Shown: piece by piece, positions 9,503-18,063 of the stretch
Layout: each line of letters starts with the position of its first letter
How positions within the stretch are numbered: position 1 is the first letter of the stretch
Origin: Acidobacteriota bacterium
GTDB lineage: Bacteria; Acidobacteriota; Vicinamibacteria; Vicinamibacterales; 2-12-FULL-66-21
Direction of reading: 5' to 3'
DNA: 64,000 nt
Assembly: GCA_046732715.1 (NCBI GenBank)
Contig: JBKPNQ010000138.1
Coordinates: 4,397 to 68,396, forward strand
Notes under the pieces: generated by a model
The model's database searches: none
The model's input: the letters and a program-made list of their open reading frames with translations, nothing else
What the model was told of the DNA's origin: nothing
Program-made: the position numbers and the translations under genes

Positions 9503-11008
9503 TCAGGGCTCCTGACTGCTCCCGCGTCCTCCACGCCCGGTTAGTCCTTGTACCGGAACGTCAAGATCGATCGGCCAGCCCGCCACGAACACGTGCCGAA
9601 TTCGTGAGCTCTCGAGCAGATTCCCTTCCGTGACGACAACGTTGGCGATCTTCCCCTTCTCAATCGTACCGAGGCGATCGCCGGCGCCCGCGAGCTTTGC
9701 CGCATTCGCCGTCAGTGCTTTGATCGCCGCATCTTCACTGAGACCGCCTTCCTTTACCGTGCGCGCCACGTTACGCGTGAAGTCTGCAGGATTCTGAAGA
9801 CCGCCGATCGTAAACGCGAATGGTATTCCCGCTTTCTCGAGCGCCGCTGGCACCTTGGCGGCGTTCTGACGCATCCGCGTGACTCGAATCGGCGTATCAG
9901 CCTCGCCACTGCCTCGCCCGCCGCCACCGAGTCGCCCCCCGCCGCCACCGGCGGCCTGGAAGTTCGCCGACACAATCACACGCGCCTTGGCGGCTTTCAA
10001 GTCGTCGATCACGTTGGCGGCCTCGGCGCCGCCGACAATGATCGGATCGAGATTAAACTCCTTCGCGAACGCAAGAGCGCGCACGATCTCGCGCTCCTCG
10101 CTGGCATCAAACGCGACCGGCATGCGCCGATCCAGTGTGGGAGCAAGCGCATCGAGCGCCGGCTCGAAGCTGCCCACCGCCGCGTCCTTGTGACGCTCCG
10201 CAAACGCTTTTGCGTCCCTCTGCCATAGCGCGTCGAGGAACGACTGTCGCGCGAACGCAATGACGCCGAGCAACGCGCCCGGATATCCACCTCCGCCACC
10301 GCCGCCTTCCCCGGCACCGCGACCGGTCGTGAACACGACGTGCTGAGCAACACCGGATCGCACGATCACGCTGCCGCGACGATAGGTCGCCAACGCGCTG
10401 GTCTCGGCCGGATCGGGCGGCGCCGTGATGTTCACGAGCGCGCTCTGTCCGCGGATGATGCCCTGCGCGGGAACAGCGAGCGCCGACGTGATGCCCGCGG
10501 CGGCAAGGCGCCGCAAGCTGTCCCCTTCGATCTCGACGATCTTCGCGGCCTCAACGTCGGGATGCAGGTACCGCGTCCGCGCTTCGCGCTCCTGGTCGGC
10601 CCAGGTGATGTTGTCGGGCGTCGCGACGTTGGCCCCGCGTCCCCTGCCGGCCTGAGTCGTTGGCGCGGCGGCGCCAGCAGTGGTCGCGGCCGGTGGCGCT
10701 CCACCCTCGACAATGCTGTTGTTCGACATGTCGATGAGGCCGGGATACACGACCAGGCCGGCGCCGTCGACCACGAGCGCGTCCGACGGCGCGGCGACCG
10801 ACGCGCCGACATCCTCGATGACGCCGTCCCGCATCACCAGCGTGCCCTTCTCGATCGGCGCGCCGGCTGCGGTGACAATGCGTGCGTTGGTGATGGCATA
10901 CCGAGGCGCGCGCGCCGGCATCTGCCCGCTGACGTTGAAGCCGGGAAAAAACATCGCAGTGAAGGCGACAGTCGAAACCGCAAGAACTCGAAAGACTCGG
11001 CTGCTCAT
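9503..11008 (-). CDS. Amidohydrolase-family protein lacking the HxH metal motif
   Basis: 501 aa with a signal peptide. YPGLIDMSNNS stands where HxH is expected. Paralogous to the C-terminal half of the upstream 882-aa protein. Contains Gly-rich loops. Confidence 0.8.
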   Translation of the reverse strand: MSSRVFRVLAVSTVAFTAMFFPGFNVSGQMPARAPRYAITNARIVTAAGAPIEKGTLVMRDGVIEDVGASVAAPSDALVVDGAGLVVYPGLIDMSNNSIVEGGAPPAATTAGAAAPTTQAGRGRGANVATPDNITWADQEREARTRYLHPDVEAAKIVEIEGDSLRRLAAAGITSALAVPAQGIIRGQSALVNITAPPDPAETSALATYRRGSVIVRSGVAQHVVFTTGRGAGEGGGGGGGYPGALLGVIAFARQSFLDALWQRDAKAFAERHKDAAVGSFEPALDALAPTLDRRMPVAFDASEEREIVRALAFAKEFNLDPIIVGGAEAANVIDDLKAAKARVIVSANFQAAGGGGGRLGGGGRGSGEADTPIRVTRMRQNAAKVPAALEKAGIPFAFTIGGLQNPADFTRNVARTVKEGGLSEDAAIKALTANAAKLAGAGDRLGTIEKGKIANVVVTEGNLLESSRIRHVFVAGWPIDLDVPVQGLTGRGGRGSSQEP

Positions 11009-11019
11009 GATCCATCTCC

Positions 11020-13668
11020 TCAGCGCGCCATGTACTTCTTGAACAACTCGAGCTGCGAGTTGTCGAGGGGCACGTCGCGGCCGGCGATGATCACGTGCCG
11101 GATCTGCGATCGAATCTCCAGCGGATCACCGGTGAGGACGACGAGGTTCGCCACCTTGCCGGAATCGATGCTCCCGACTTGGCCGTCGATGCCCAGCACC
11201 CGGGCCGCATCAAGCGTCAAGGCCTTGATCGCATCGTCGTGGGAGAGGCCCCAGGCGACCGCGCGTCCCGCCTGGAATGGCACATCGCGCGAGAACTGGA
11301 AGCCGCCGCTCGAGAACGCGAACGTCACCCCGGCTTTCGCGAGCACGCCCGGCGCCTGGTAGGGATACGCGTGGAACTCGTCCTCGCGAGGCGGCAGCGA
11401 CAGGATGCTCGAGAGGATGACGGGAACGTCGTGCTGTTTCAGGAGTCCGGCAACCTGCTGTGCGTCGGCGCCGGTTTGAAGCACGATGCGAACGTTCTGC
11501 TTATCAGCCCAGGCAACGGCGTCACGGATGTTCTGCTCCGTGGTCGCGGTCACATACATCGCCTGACGGCGATCGAGGACGGGGAGAAACGGCTCGAGCG
11601 TCCAGTCAACCTGCCGCGTCGCGGGTTGCTTCGCGTAAGCGCGTGCGCGTTCGAGGAGCTGGTTCAGCGTTTTGATCGGGTCGGGCCCCGTCGGTTGAGG
11701 CGCGCCGCCGCGTCCGCCGCCGCCACCGCCGCCGCGACCTCCGCCAGGCCCCGGATAATTGAACGCGAGACCGGCGCTCGGGCGAAGCGTCGCTTCTTCC
11801 CACGTCCAGCCGTCGAGATCCATCACCGGGATCTCGCCGCTGATGGTACCGCCGCCCGGGCGGACGCCAATCGTCGTAATCCCTTCGCTACGGGTCACCG
11901 GAATCGCGATGCTGTCTGACTTATACGCAACGCGCGTGCGCAACATTTGATCGAATGGCAGGATGTCGCTCACATCGTCGTAATTGCGGACGCCGGGCTC
12001 GTTCAGCCCGATGTCGGTGCTCGCGTCGATCATTCCCGGGATCACGGTGGAGCCCTGGACGTCCACGGGCTTCACCCCTGCCGGCACCGACACGTTCGCG
12101 CCGACCGCGTCGATGCGGTTTCCCTTGATGACGATCGTGCCCTTCGGAATGACCGGACCGGACACCGTGACGATGCGTGCGTTCGTGATCGCCCAGGTCG
12201 GGCCGTCGGCGTTGCCCTTCACGTCGAACTTTTCAGCCGGAGGCGCGGGCCGGGACGCCGGTTGCGATCCATTCGTGCCGACCTGTGAACCATTCGACTG
12301 GCTGCCGTTCGTGCCGGTTGATGACCCATCCGTCGTCGACCGCGTGCCTTTCTCCTTCTGAATCTCGGTAATGCGCTGCAGATCCTTCTCCCGGTCGTAG
12401 TAGGCGATCCCGTCGATGTAACTGCGCTCGACGATCGCGGCGGTCGAGAGCGGGTGATGATTCCAGATGACGAGGTCCGCGTCCTTGCCGACTTCGATCG
12501 ACCCGACGCGATTCTCGATCTTGAGCTGCTTCGCGGGATTGATCGTCACCATCGCGAACGCCTGATCGTCGGTGACGTCGCCGTACCGCACGGTTTTCGC
12601 CGCTTCCATGTTCAGCCGACGTGCCTGCTCGGCGTCATCTGAATTGATCGATACCAGAACACCTTTGTGCGTCATCAGCGCGGCGTTGTGCGGAATCGCG
12701 TCGGCCGCTTCCATCTTGTAGCCCCACCAGTCGGAAAACGTCGACGCGCCGGCGTTGTGAGCGGCGATCTCTTTCGCCACTTTGTAGCCCTCGAGGACGT
12801 GCTGGAAAGTCGTCACCTTGAAGCCCATCTCGTCGGCGACCCGAATCAACATCAGGATTTCGTCAGCACGATAGCTGTGGGCGTGGACCAGCCGTTTCCC
12901 TTCGAGGACTTCGACCAGCGCGTCGAGCTGCAAGTCGCGGCGCGGCGCCAGGGCGTCCTGGCCGGCCTTCTTCTTCGTCTCGTAGTCCTGCCATTCGTTG
13001 CGATAGGCCTTCGCACGTGTAAAGGCGTCGCGGATCACGTACTCGACGCCCTGTCGAGTCGTCGGAAACCGCTGGGGGTTGGTTGGCGCCTGACCTCGCT
13101 TCCGGGTCACGTTCTCGCCAAGCGCGAATTTGATCCCGGGCAGGGCGCCCTGAAAAACCAGATCGCTCGCCCTCGACTTGCCGTAGCGCAGTTTGATGAC
13201 GACGGTCTTGCCGCCGATCGCGTTGGCGCTGCCGTGCAGGATGTTTGCGGTCGTCGTGCCGCCAGCCAGATCGCGATAGATGTTGATGTCGGTGGGATCG
13301 AGCACGTCCTCCATCCCGGTCATCGAGCTGACCGAGACGCTACCTTCGTTGATAGCATCGTTCGCGATATGCGAATGCGCGTCGATGAGCCCGGGAGAGA
13401 CGAACTTTCCGGTCGCGTCGTAGACGTCGGCGCCGCCGGGAATCGACACGTTCGTACCGACGGCGGCAATCTTGCCGTCGCGTATCAGCACGGTGCCATT
13501 GGCAATCGTGCCGCGAGTGGCGGTGATGATCGTGCCGTTGCGAATGGCGACAACGGCCGGCGCAATCCCCTGGGCTAAGACGGGTAGCGTCGCCGTTGTG
13601 CGTCCATCGAGGACGATGGCGGCGAGCGCACCAAAAGCGAGACAACCCGACAACCAACGGCCAATCAC
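11020..13668 (-). CDS. Secreted two-module amidohydrolase (imidazolonepropionase-like, COG1228-like)
   Basis: 882 aa. The N-terminal module has SPGLIDAHSHIAND (HxH). The C-terminal module has PGMIDASTDIG (no HxH). GTG start 6 nt after GGAGG. Confidence 0.85.
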   Translation of the reverse strand: MIGRWLSGCLAFGALAAIVLDGRTTATLPVLAQGIAPAVVAIRNGTIITATRGTIANGTVLIRDGKIAAVGTNVSIPGGADVYDATGKFVSPGLIDAHSHIANDAINEGSVSVSSMTGMEDVLDPTDINIYRDLAGGTTTANILHGSANAIGGKTVVIKLRYGKSRASDLVFQGALPGIKFALGENVTRKRGQAPTNPQRFPTTRQGVEYVIRDAFTRAKAYRNEWQDYETKKKAGQDALAPRRDLQLDALVEVLEGKRLVHAHSYRADEILMLIRVADEMGFKVTTFQHVLEGYKVAKEIAAHNAGASTFSDWWGYKMEAADAIPHNAALMTHKGVLVSINSDDAEQARRLNMEAAKTVRYGDVTDDQAFAMVTINPAKQLKIENRVGSIEVGKDADLVIWNHHPLSTAAIVERSYIDGIAYYDREKDLQRITEIQKEKGTRSTTDGSSTGTNGSQSNGSQVGTNGSQPASRPAPPAEKFDVKGNADGPTWAITNARIVTVSGPVIPKGTIVIKGNRIDAVGANVSVPAGVKPVDVQGSTVIPGMIDASTDIGLNEPGVRNYDDVSDILPFDQMLRTRVAYKSDSIAIPVTRSEGITTIGVRPGGGTISGEIPVMDLDGWTWEEATLRPSAGLAFNYPGPGGGRGGGGGGGRGGAPQPTGPDPIKTLNQLLERARAYAKQPATRQVDWTLEPFLPVLDRRQAMYVTATTEQNIRDAVAWADKQNVRIVLQTGADAQQVAGLLKQHDVPVILSSILSLPPREDEFHAYPYQAPGVLAKAGVTFAFSSGGFQFSRDVPFQAGRAVAWGLSHDDAIKALTLDAARVLGIDGQVGSIDSGKVANLVVLTGDPLEIRSQIRHVIIAGRDVPLDNSQLELFKKYMAR

Positions 13669-13687
13669 GGCGGACCTCCGGGAAGGA

Positions 13688-13714
13688 TAAAAAATGGCGC
13701 CCGGAACGCGGGCG
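13688..13714 (-). terminator. Putative intrinsic terminator/attenuator hairpin with a T-run
   Basis: Minus strand: CGCCCG-CGTTC-CGGGCG followed by CCATTTTTTAT. About 100 nt after the MmcQ stop and 20 nt before the SD and GTG of the amidohydrolase. Confidence 0.5.
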
Positions 13715-13810
13715 TGGCGGTAACTCTACCGTACGGACGAGTGGTGTGACGAACGGAGCACGGTCGAGATTGGGGCCAGACGAATCGCGTGATCCGACCG
13801 GCAGACGGCG

Positions 13811-14176
13811 TCAACGGGACTTCGAACGTGCGCTGCGACCCCCCTTGGTCTTCTTCGCTGAAAGAGCCTTCGCCGCAGTGTTTCGCCACGCGAGTGTCAT
13901 CGCCTCGCCGAGCATCTCTTCATCGACACGATCCAGGCGCACGGCAGTGCATCCCTGAACCCCCCACGCCCCATTCTCAGGTTTGAAGACGCCCGGAGCG
14001 TCCTTCACGAACCGCGCCTGCTCCTCCGGCATCAGCTTGACCATCCCCCACTGCATGTCCGCATGCAGGGTCGCGAAGATCCGGCCGTTGATGCGAAAGT
14101 CGGGATGGTCCATGTGCGACGACTCGATGGCATCCTTCATTCCCAATGCAATTCGACGAAAGTCGTCAGCGGTCAT
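13811..14176 (-). CDS. MmcQ/YjbR family DNA-binding protein
   Basis: 121 aa. HMDHPDFRINGRIFATL...MVKLMPEEQ is typical of MmcQ/YjbR. Basic C-terminal tail KKTKGGRSARSKSR. Confidence 0.8.
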   Translation of the reverse strand: MTADDFRRIALGMKDAIESSHMDHPDFRINGRIFATLHADMQWGMVKLMPEEQARFVKDAPGVFKPENGAWGVQGCTAVRLDRVDEEMLGEAMTLAWRNTAAKALSAKKTKGGRSARSKSR

Positions 14177-14178
14177 TA

Positions 14179-14229
14179 ATCACTCCGAGCGGCTTCGCCC
14201 CTCGGACTCCCGTACACGCTCACTCGCGG
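14179..14229 (-). repeat. 5'-leader hairpin element, copy M
   Basis: mRNA sense: GAGCGTGTACGGGAGTCCGAGGGGCGAAGCCGCTCGGAGTGATTA-ATG(14176). Confidence 0.8.
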
Positions 14230-14246
14230 AGCCCCCAAGCCCACTC

Positions 14247-14301
14247 TGCCCTTCGACGATGCTCAGGGCGTCCCGAGCGAAGTCGGCGGACGCTCACGTG
14301 G
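14247..14301 (+). repeat. REP/MITE-like imperfect palindrome, copy a, flanked by an 8-bp direct repeat
   Basis: CCCTTCGACGATGCTCAGGGCGTCCCGAGCGAAGTCGGCGG. GCCCACTC occurs at 14239-14246 and again at 14302-14309. Confidence 0.7.
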
Positions 14302-14370
14302 GCCCACTCGCGCGCTCGTTCGCCACTGTGGTACTCAGTTCGAAGCCAGTTGCATAGACTCGATCACTTA

Positions 14371-15891
14371 CTACTGCGCGCGGCACCCAAAGCTGGCCGC
14401 ATCGTCGATGCTTCCGGTCCCGTTGTACGCCGCGATCTGCGGGTACGGACACAACGGACGCGTGCGGTCCGGCTTGCCGTTCGTCGTGTGCGTCGCGATG
14501 ATCTGATCCGGCGCGGTGCCGTTCTCGACCCATCGCTCGAGCGCAGCAATCATATCGAACGTGTTCGGCCCTTCTCCTCCGCCGCAGTGCGCCATGCCGG
14601 GCACCATGAACAGGCGATAGGAGACATCGACCTTGCCCTTGTCGCCAAGCTTCTCCACGACACGACCGTAGTACTGCGTGCTGTTGCCGGGCGAGATCTG
14701 CGGATCGCTCCACCCGTGATACTGAATCAGCTTGCCGCCACGATCGAGAAACGGCTTCAGGTCGGGATCGAGGGCATTGATGATGTCGGCGTCGGTCTCC
14801 TCGGCGCGGACGATGTCGGAATCAAAATTGAAGTCCGCCACCTCCCACTTCGGGTTGCGAAACACGATGAAGCGAAACTGATCGAGCCCGGTCGCCCGTG
14901 CCGAGGCCGTCCAGCCGGCGTCGGTCCAACCGAGCTCGCTGCCGCGCGCAAGCCCTGTAATTGGGCGCGCGGTTTTTGGATTCTTTGGCGATGCGTAGAT
15001 GAATCGCGCCGTGTCGACCTGCGCCGGCGTCAAACAATTGCTGCTCTCGGACGCCTTGCACTGAAGGACTGATGGATCGAAGGGGCAACGGTCAGGGTCC
15101 GCGATGAGACCGTCCTTGACGCCATCGATGGCGTCGCAGGCATCGAGCACGGCTCTGTGAAGCAATTCGCGTTGCGGCCGAAGAAGGCGCGACGCTTCGC
15201 TGTTTTGCAGCCGCTTCTCGACCCGGACAGCCTGCGCGGCGCGCGAGGTCCAGTCGAGCGCGGGAGCACCGGCGATGATGCCGTCGAAGTCCGCCGGGAA
15301 GCGTTGCGCCTCCTTCATCGCCTGGCGCCCGCCGGCCGAGCAGCCATTCCAGTAGGAGAATTTCGGAGTATCGTCGTAGTAGGCGGTGACAATCTTTTTC
15401 GACGCCGCGCTCATCTCGTGAACGGCACGCCAGCCAAAATCAATCAGCTTCGCCGGGTGCTCGAAGGCGAAGCTGGCGCTACCGCCTTCATGACCGGTGT
15501 CGGTGGAACTGACAGCGTAGCCTCGCGCAAGGCTTGCCGCCATTGCGGTGTAGCCGATCGCCCCGCTGAATGCCCCGTTGCCGACAGCCACGAACTTCCC
15601 ATTCCAGCCCGACGTCGGCATCCACACTTCCATCCTGATGTCGGAGTCCTGGGTTGGCGTCAACGTGGCGGCGACGCGACAGAAAGCTGGCAGCGGACGA
15701 AAGGTGTCAGCCCGCACGGCTGCTGGCGGCGAAAACGCGCCCGCATCAACAGTCGTGGCCTGCGTAATGGTGGTATATGGCCACGCAAGCTTCGCGAGAG
15801 TCTCGCATGACGGAGCGGCGGTGAGAGAACGCCCGGACATCAGCGCCGCCGCAAGGCCGACGCACAGGGATGCGGCGGCGAGCATTCTCAT
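14371..15891 (-). CDS. Tannase/feruloyl esterase family alpha/beta hydrolase
   Basis: ATG 15891 overlaps the upstream stop (ATGA). MRMLAAASLCVGLAAAL is a signal peptide. NGCSAGGRQAM nucleophile motif, then DGIIAGAPALDW. Confidence 0.85.
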   Translation of the reverse strand: MRMLAAASLCVGLAAALMSGRSLTAAPSCETLAKLAWPYTTITQATTVDAGAFSPPAAVRADTFRPLPAFCRVAATLTPTQDSDIRMEVWMPTSGWNGKFVAVGNGAFSGAIGYTAMAASLARGYAVSSTDTGHEGGSASFAFEHPAKLIDFGWRAVHEMSAASKKIVTAYYDDTPKFSYWNGCSAGGRQAMKEAQRFPADFDGIIAGAPALDWTSRAAQAVRVEKRLQNSEASRLLRPQRELLHRAVLDACDAIDGVKDGLIADPDRCPFDPSVLQCKASESSNCLTPAQVDTARFIYASPKNPKTARPITGLARGSELGWTDAGWTASARATGLDQFRFIVFRNPKWEVADFNFDSDIVRAEETDADIINALDPDLKPFLDRGGKLIQYHGWSDPQISPGNSTQYYGRVVEKLGDKGKVDVSYRLFMVPGMAHCGGGEGPNTFDMIAALERWVENGTAPDQIIATHTTNGKPDRTRPLCPYPQIAAYNGTGSIDDAASFGCRAQ

Positions 15892-16826
15892 ATGATCTCC
15901 ATCAGATCTCTGCCGACAACGATGCGTCCGTGGAAGTGCTTGCTCGCGGCATCGATCCACATTTGATCGGTGATGCTAGCATCGCCGCCAGGCACGAGAT
16001 GCGAGAGAACCAGGGTCTTGACCCCTGCCGCCGCCGCAACCTTGCCGCAATCCTCGACAGCTGTGTGGCTGTCCACCAGGTGCTTCCTTAAACCCGACGC
16101 GTTGGGATTTCGCGCGAGGATCTGATCGATGGCAGGGAGCCACATGGCTTCGTGGACGAGCACGTCCGCGCCGCGAGCCAACGCCACCAGATTGTCGGAC
16201 CGGGCCGTGTCGCCGGACATCACAATCGATCGATCGGCCGCATCGAAGCGATAAGCGAACGCCGGAGATACGAGCGGGTGATCGACCAGCGTCGACGTCA
16301 CCTTCACGTTCTCATCGCTCATGACCAATCCGCCGCGAGTGAACTCGTGTGGATGCACGAGCGGCGCCAGCGGCATGCGCCCTTCATCGCTGATCCGAGT
16401 TCGGATGTCGTAGGCGTTCATTTCAAAAAACAGCTTCGTCATCTTCACTAACGGCGGCGGTCCCCAGGCGTCGACCCTCGTCGCCAGTCCGGTGGCCCAC
16501 GCCAGCAGGATCAGGTTGCCGTAGTCGGCATTGTGATCCGAGTGCTGATGGGTGATGAAGATGTGGCGCAGCTTCAGTAGCGGTACGTCGGCCAGGACCC
16601 ACTGCCGCGCGACACCGTCGCCGCAGTCGATCACATAGGGTGTGTCATTGACGATAAGCAGCGTCGCCGGCGCCGACACGGTCTGCTTTGGCGTCGGTCC
16701 GCCGCCCGTACCGAGGAGAATGAGCCGAGTGCGCGATCGCTGAGCGCGGGTACGACGCCGCACGACCGGCGCGAGGTACGCGCCCATCGCACCACGCAGC
16801 AGCTCGCGCCGGGTGACAGCAGTCAT
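15888..16826 (-). CDS. MBL-fold metallo-hydrolase (Tat-type signal)
   Basis: 312 aa. RRELLRGAMGAY at the N-terminus. THQHSDHNADYG is the HxHxDH motif. Confidence 0.85.
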   Translation of the reverse strand: MTAVTRRELLRGAMGAYLAPVVRRRTRAQRSRTRLILLGTGGGPTPKQTVSAPATLLIVNDTPYVIDCGDGVARQWVLADVPLLKLRHIFITHQHSDHNADYGNLILLAWATGLATRVDAWGPPPLVKMTKLFFEMNAYDIRTRISDEGRMPLAPLVHPHEFTRGGLVMSDENVKVTSTLVDHPLVSPAFAYRFDAADRSIVMSGDTARSDNLVALARGADVLVHEAMWLPAIDQILARNPNASGLRKHLVDSHTAVEDCGKVAAAAGVKTLVLSHLVPGGDASITDQMWIDAASKHFHGRIVVGRDLMEII

Positions 16827-17434
16827 ACACGCGGCCGTTTCTTGCGCGCAATCGGTTGACCCACGGCCTCATACCGGAAGCAGTCGGTCGTGTGATCGTT
16901 CACCATCCCGACCGCCTGCATGAACGCGTAGCAGATCGTCGAGCCGACGAACTTGAATCCACGCTTCAGCAGGTCACGGCTCAACGCGTCCGATTCGGCC
17001 GTCTTCGGCGGCACTTGCTTCGGCGATCGCCACCGGTTGACGCGCGGGGTTCCCCCAACAAACCGCCAGACGTACGCGTCGAAGCTGCCACATTCCTGCT
17101 GAACTGCGAGGAATGCCTTCGCGTTGCTAACCGCACTGCCGATCTTGAGCCGGTTGCGAACGATGCCAGGATCCGTCAGCAGGCGTTCCACCTGCTTCAC
17201 CGTAAACTGGGCCACCACCTGCGGATCGAAACCGGCGAAGGCGCGGCGATAGGCATCCCGCTTGTTCAAAATCGTTTCCCAGCTCAGACCGGCCTGGGCA
17301 CCCTCGAGCGTGAGGAACTCGAAGAAGACGCGGTCATCATGGACTGGCACGCCCCACTCGAGATCGTGATACGCGATGCCGAGCGGAGTGCGTGCCCAGG
17401 AACAACGAACCGGTTCAGGTGCGGCCGAGGGCAT
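16823..17434 (-). CDS. tag: DNA-3-methyladenine glycosylase I
   Basis: YHDLEWGVPVHDDRVFFEFLTLEGAQAGLSWETILNKR. ATGA overlap with the downstream gene. Confidence 0.9.
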   Translation of the reverse strand: MPSAAPEPVRCSWARTPLGIAYHDLEWGVPVHDDRVFFEFLTLEGAQAGLSWETILNKRDAYRRAFAGFDPQVVAQFTVKQVERLLTDPGIVRNRLKIGSAVSNAKAFLAVQQECGSFDAYVWRFVGGTPRVNRWRSPKQVPPKTAESDALSRDLLKRGFKFVGSTICYAFMQAVGMVNDHTTDCFRYEAVGQPIARKKRPRV

Positions 17435-17454
17435 GTGCAGTGCGTCTTGAGCCG

Positions 17455-18033
17455 TTACTTGCGATTGGCGCTGACGACTTCGGCGAACTTTGCCAGCCGT
17501 TCTTCGCGGCTCATGGCCATCGCCCAGTTCCAGGCCGCCTCGTAGTCGTACAGGCCCTTGAGCGTCTTGCCGAACGCGACCTGCTTGTCGGCGAACTCTT
17601 TGCCATAGAGATCGACGTAGAGGTCGTAGAGGTAGAGGAACAGCAGACGATGTTCATCGAGTTCCTGCGGCCGGATCGTCAATTGGGCGTTCATCCGGTG
17701 ACCCAGTTCGTGAACCAATGTCCCCTTCTTCTCATCCGATTTATAGCTTGCACGGAGTCTCATCGGGGCGCCGCCCCGGCCGGAGAAACTGGGCCCTTCG
17801 TAGATTTGGGCCTTGACGCCCTTTTCAGGGAACTTCAGCCTCGAGATTTGCTCCATGCCGTCGATGATCCGGTGTCCCTCCGCGGACCAGATCGCTCGAT
17901 ATTCATCGACTGCCGTATTGAACGCCGCCGTCTTCTCCTGCGGGCTGAACGTCATCGTCATCCGGCGGCTCTGAGCCAGAACAAGGGTCGACGTCACCAC
18001 AAAGATCGGGACAACGAGCGCAAGCCTCTTCAC
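17455..18033 (-). CDS. Secreted hypothetical protein with an HExxH motif (putative metallopeptidase)
   Basis: 192 aa. GTG start after AGAGAGG. Signal peptide. LVHELGHRM. Confidence 0.55.
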   Translation of the reverse strand: MKRLALVVPIFVVTSTLVLAQSRRMTMTFSPQEKTAAFNTAVDEYRAIWSAEGHRIIDGMEQISRLKFPEKGVKAQIYEGPSFSGRGGAPMRLRASYKSDEKKGTLVHELGHRMNAQLTIRPQELDEHRLLFLYLYDLYVDLYGKEFADKQVAFGKTLKGLYDYEAAWNWAMAMSREERLAKFAEVVSANRK

Positions 18034-18063
18034 CGTCGTGACCTCTCTTCGGAGACGCGGTCG

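Noticed and set aside
11680-11760. GGC/GCC-rich low-complexity DNA in the amidohydrolase genes
   Set aside because: It is in frame and encodes poly-Gly/Arg loops. It is coding low complexity, not an independent repeat element.
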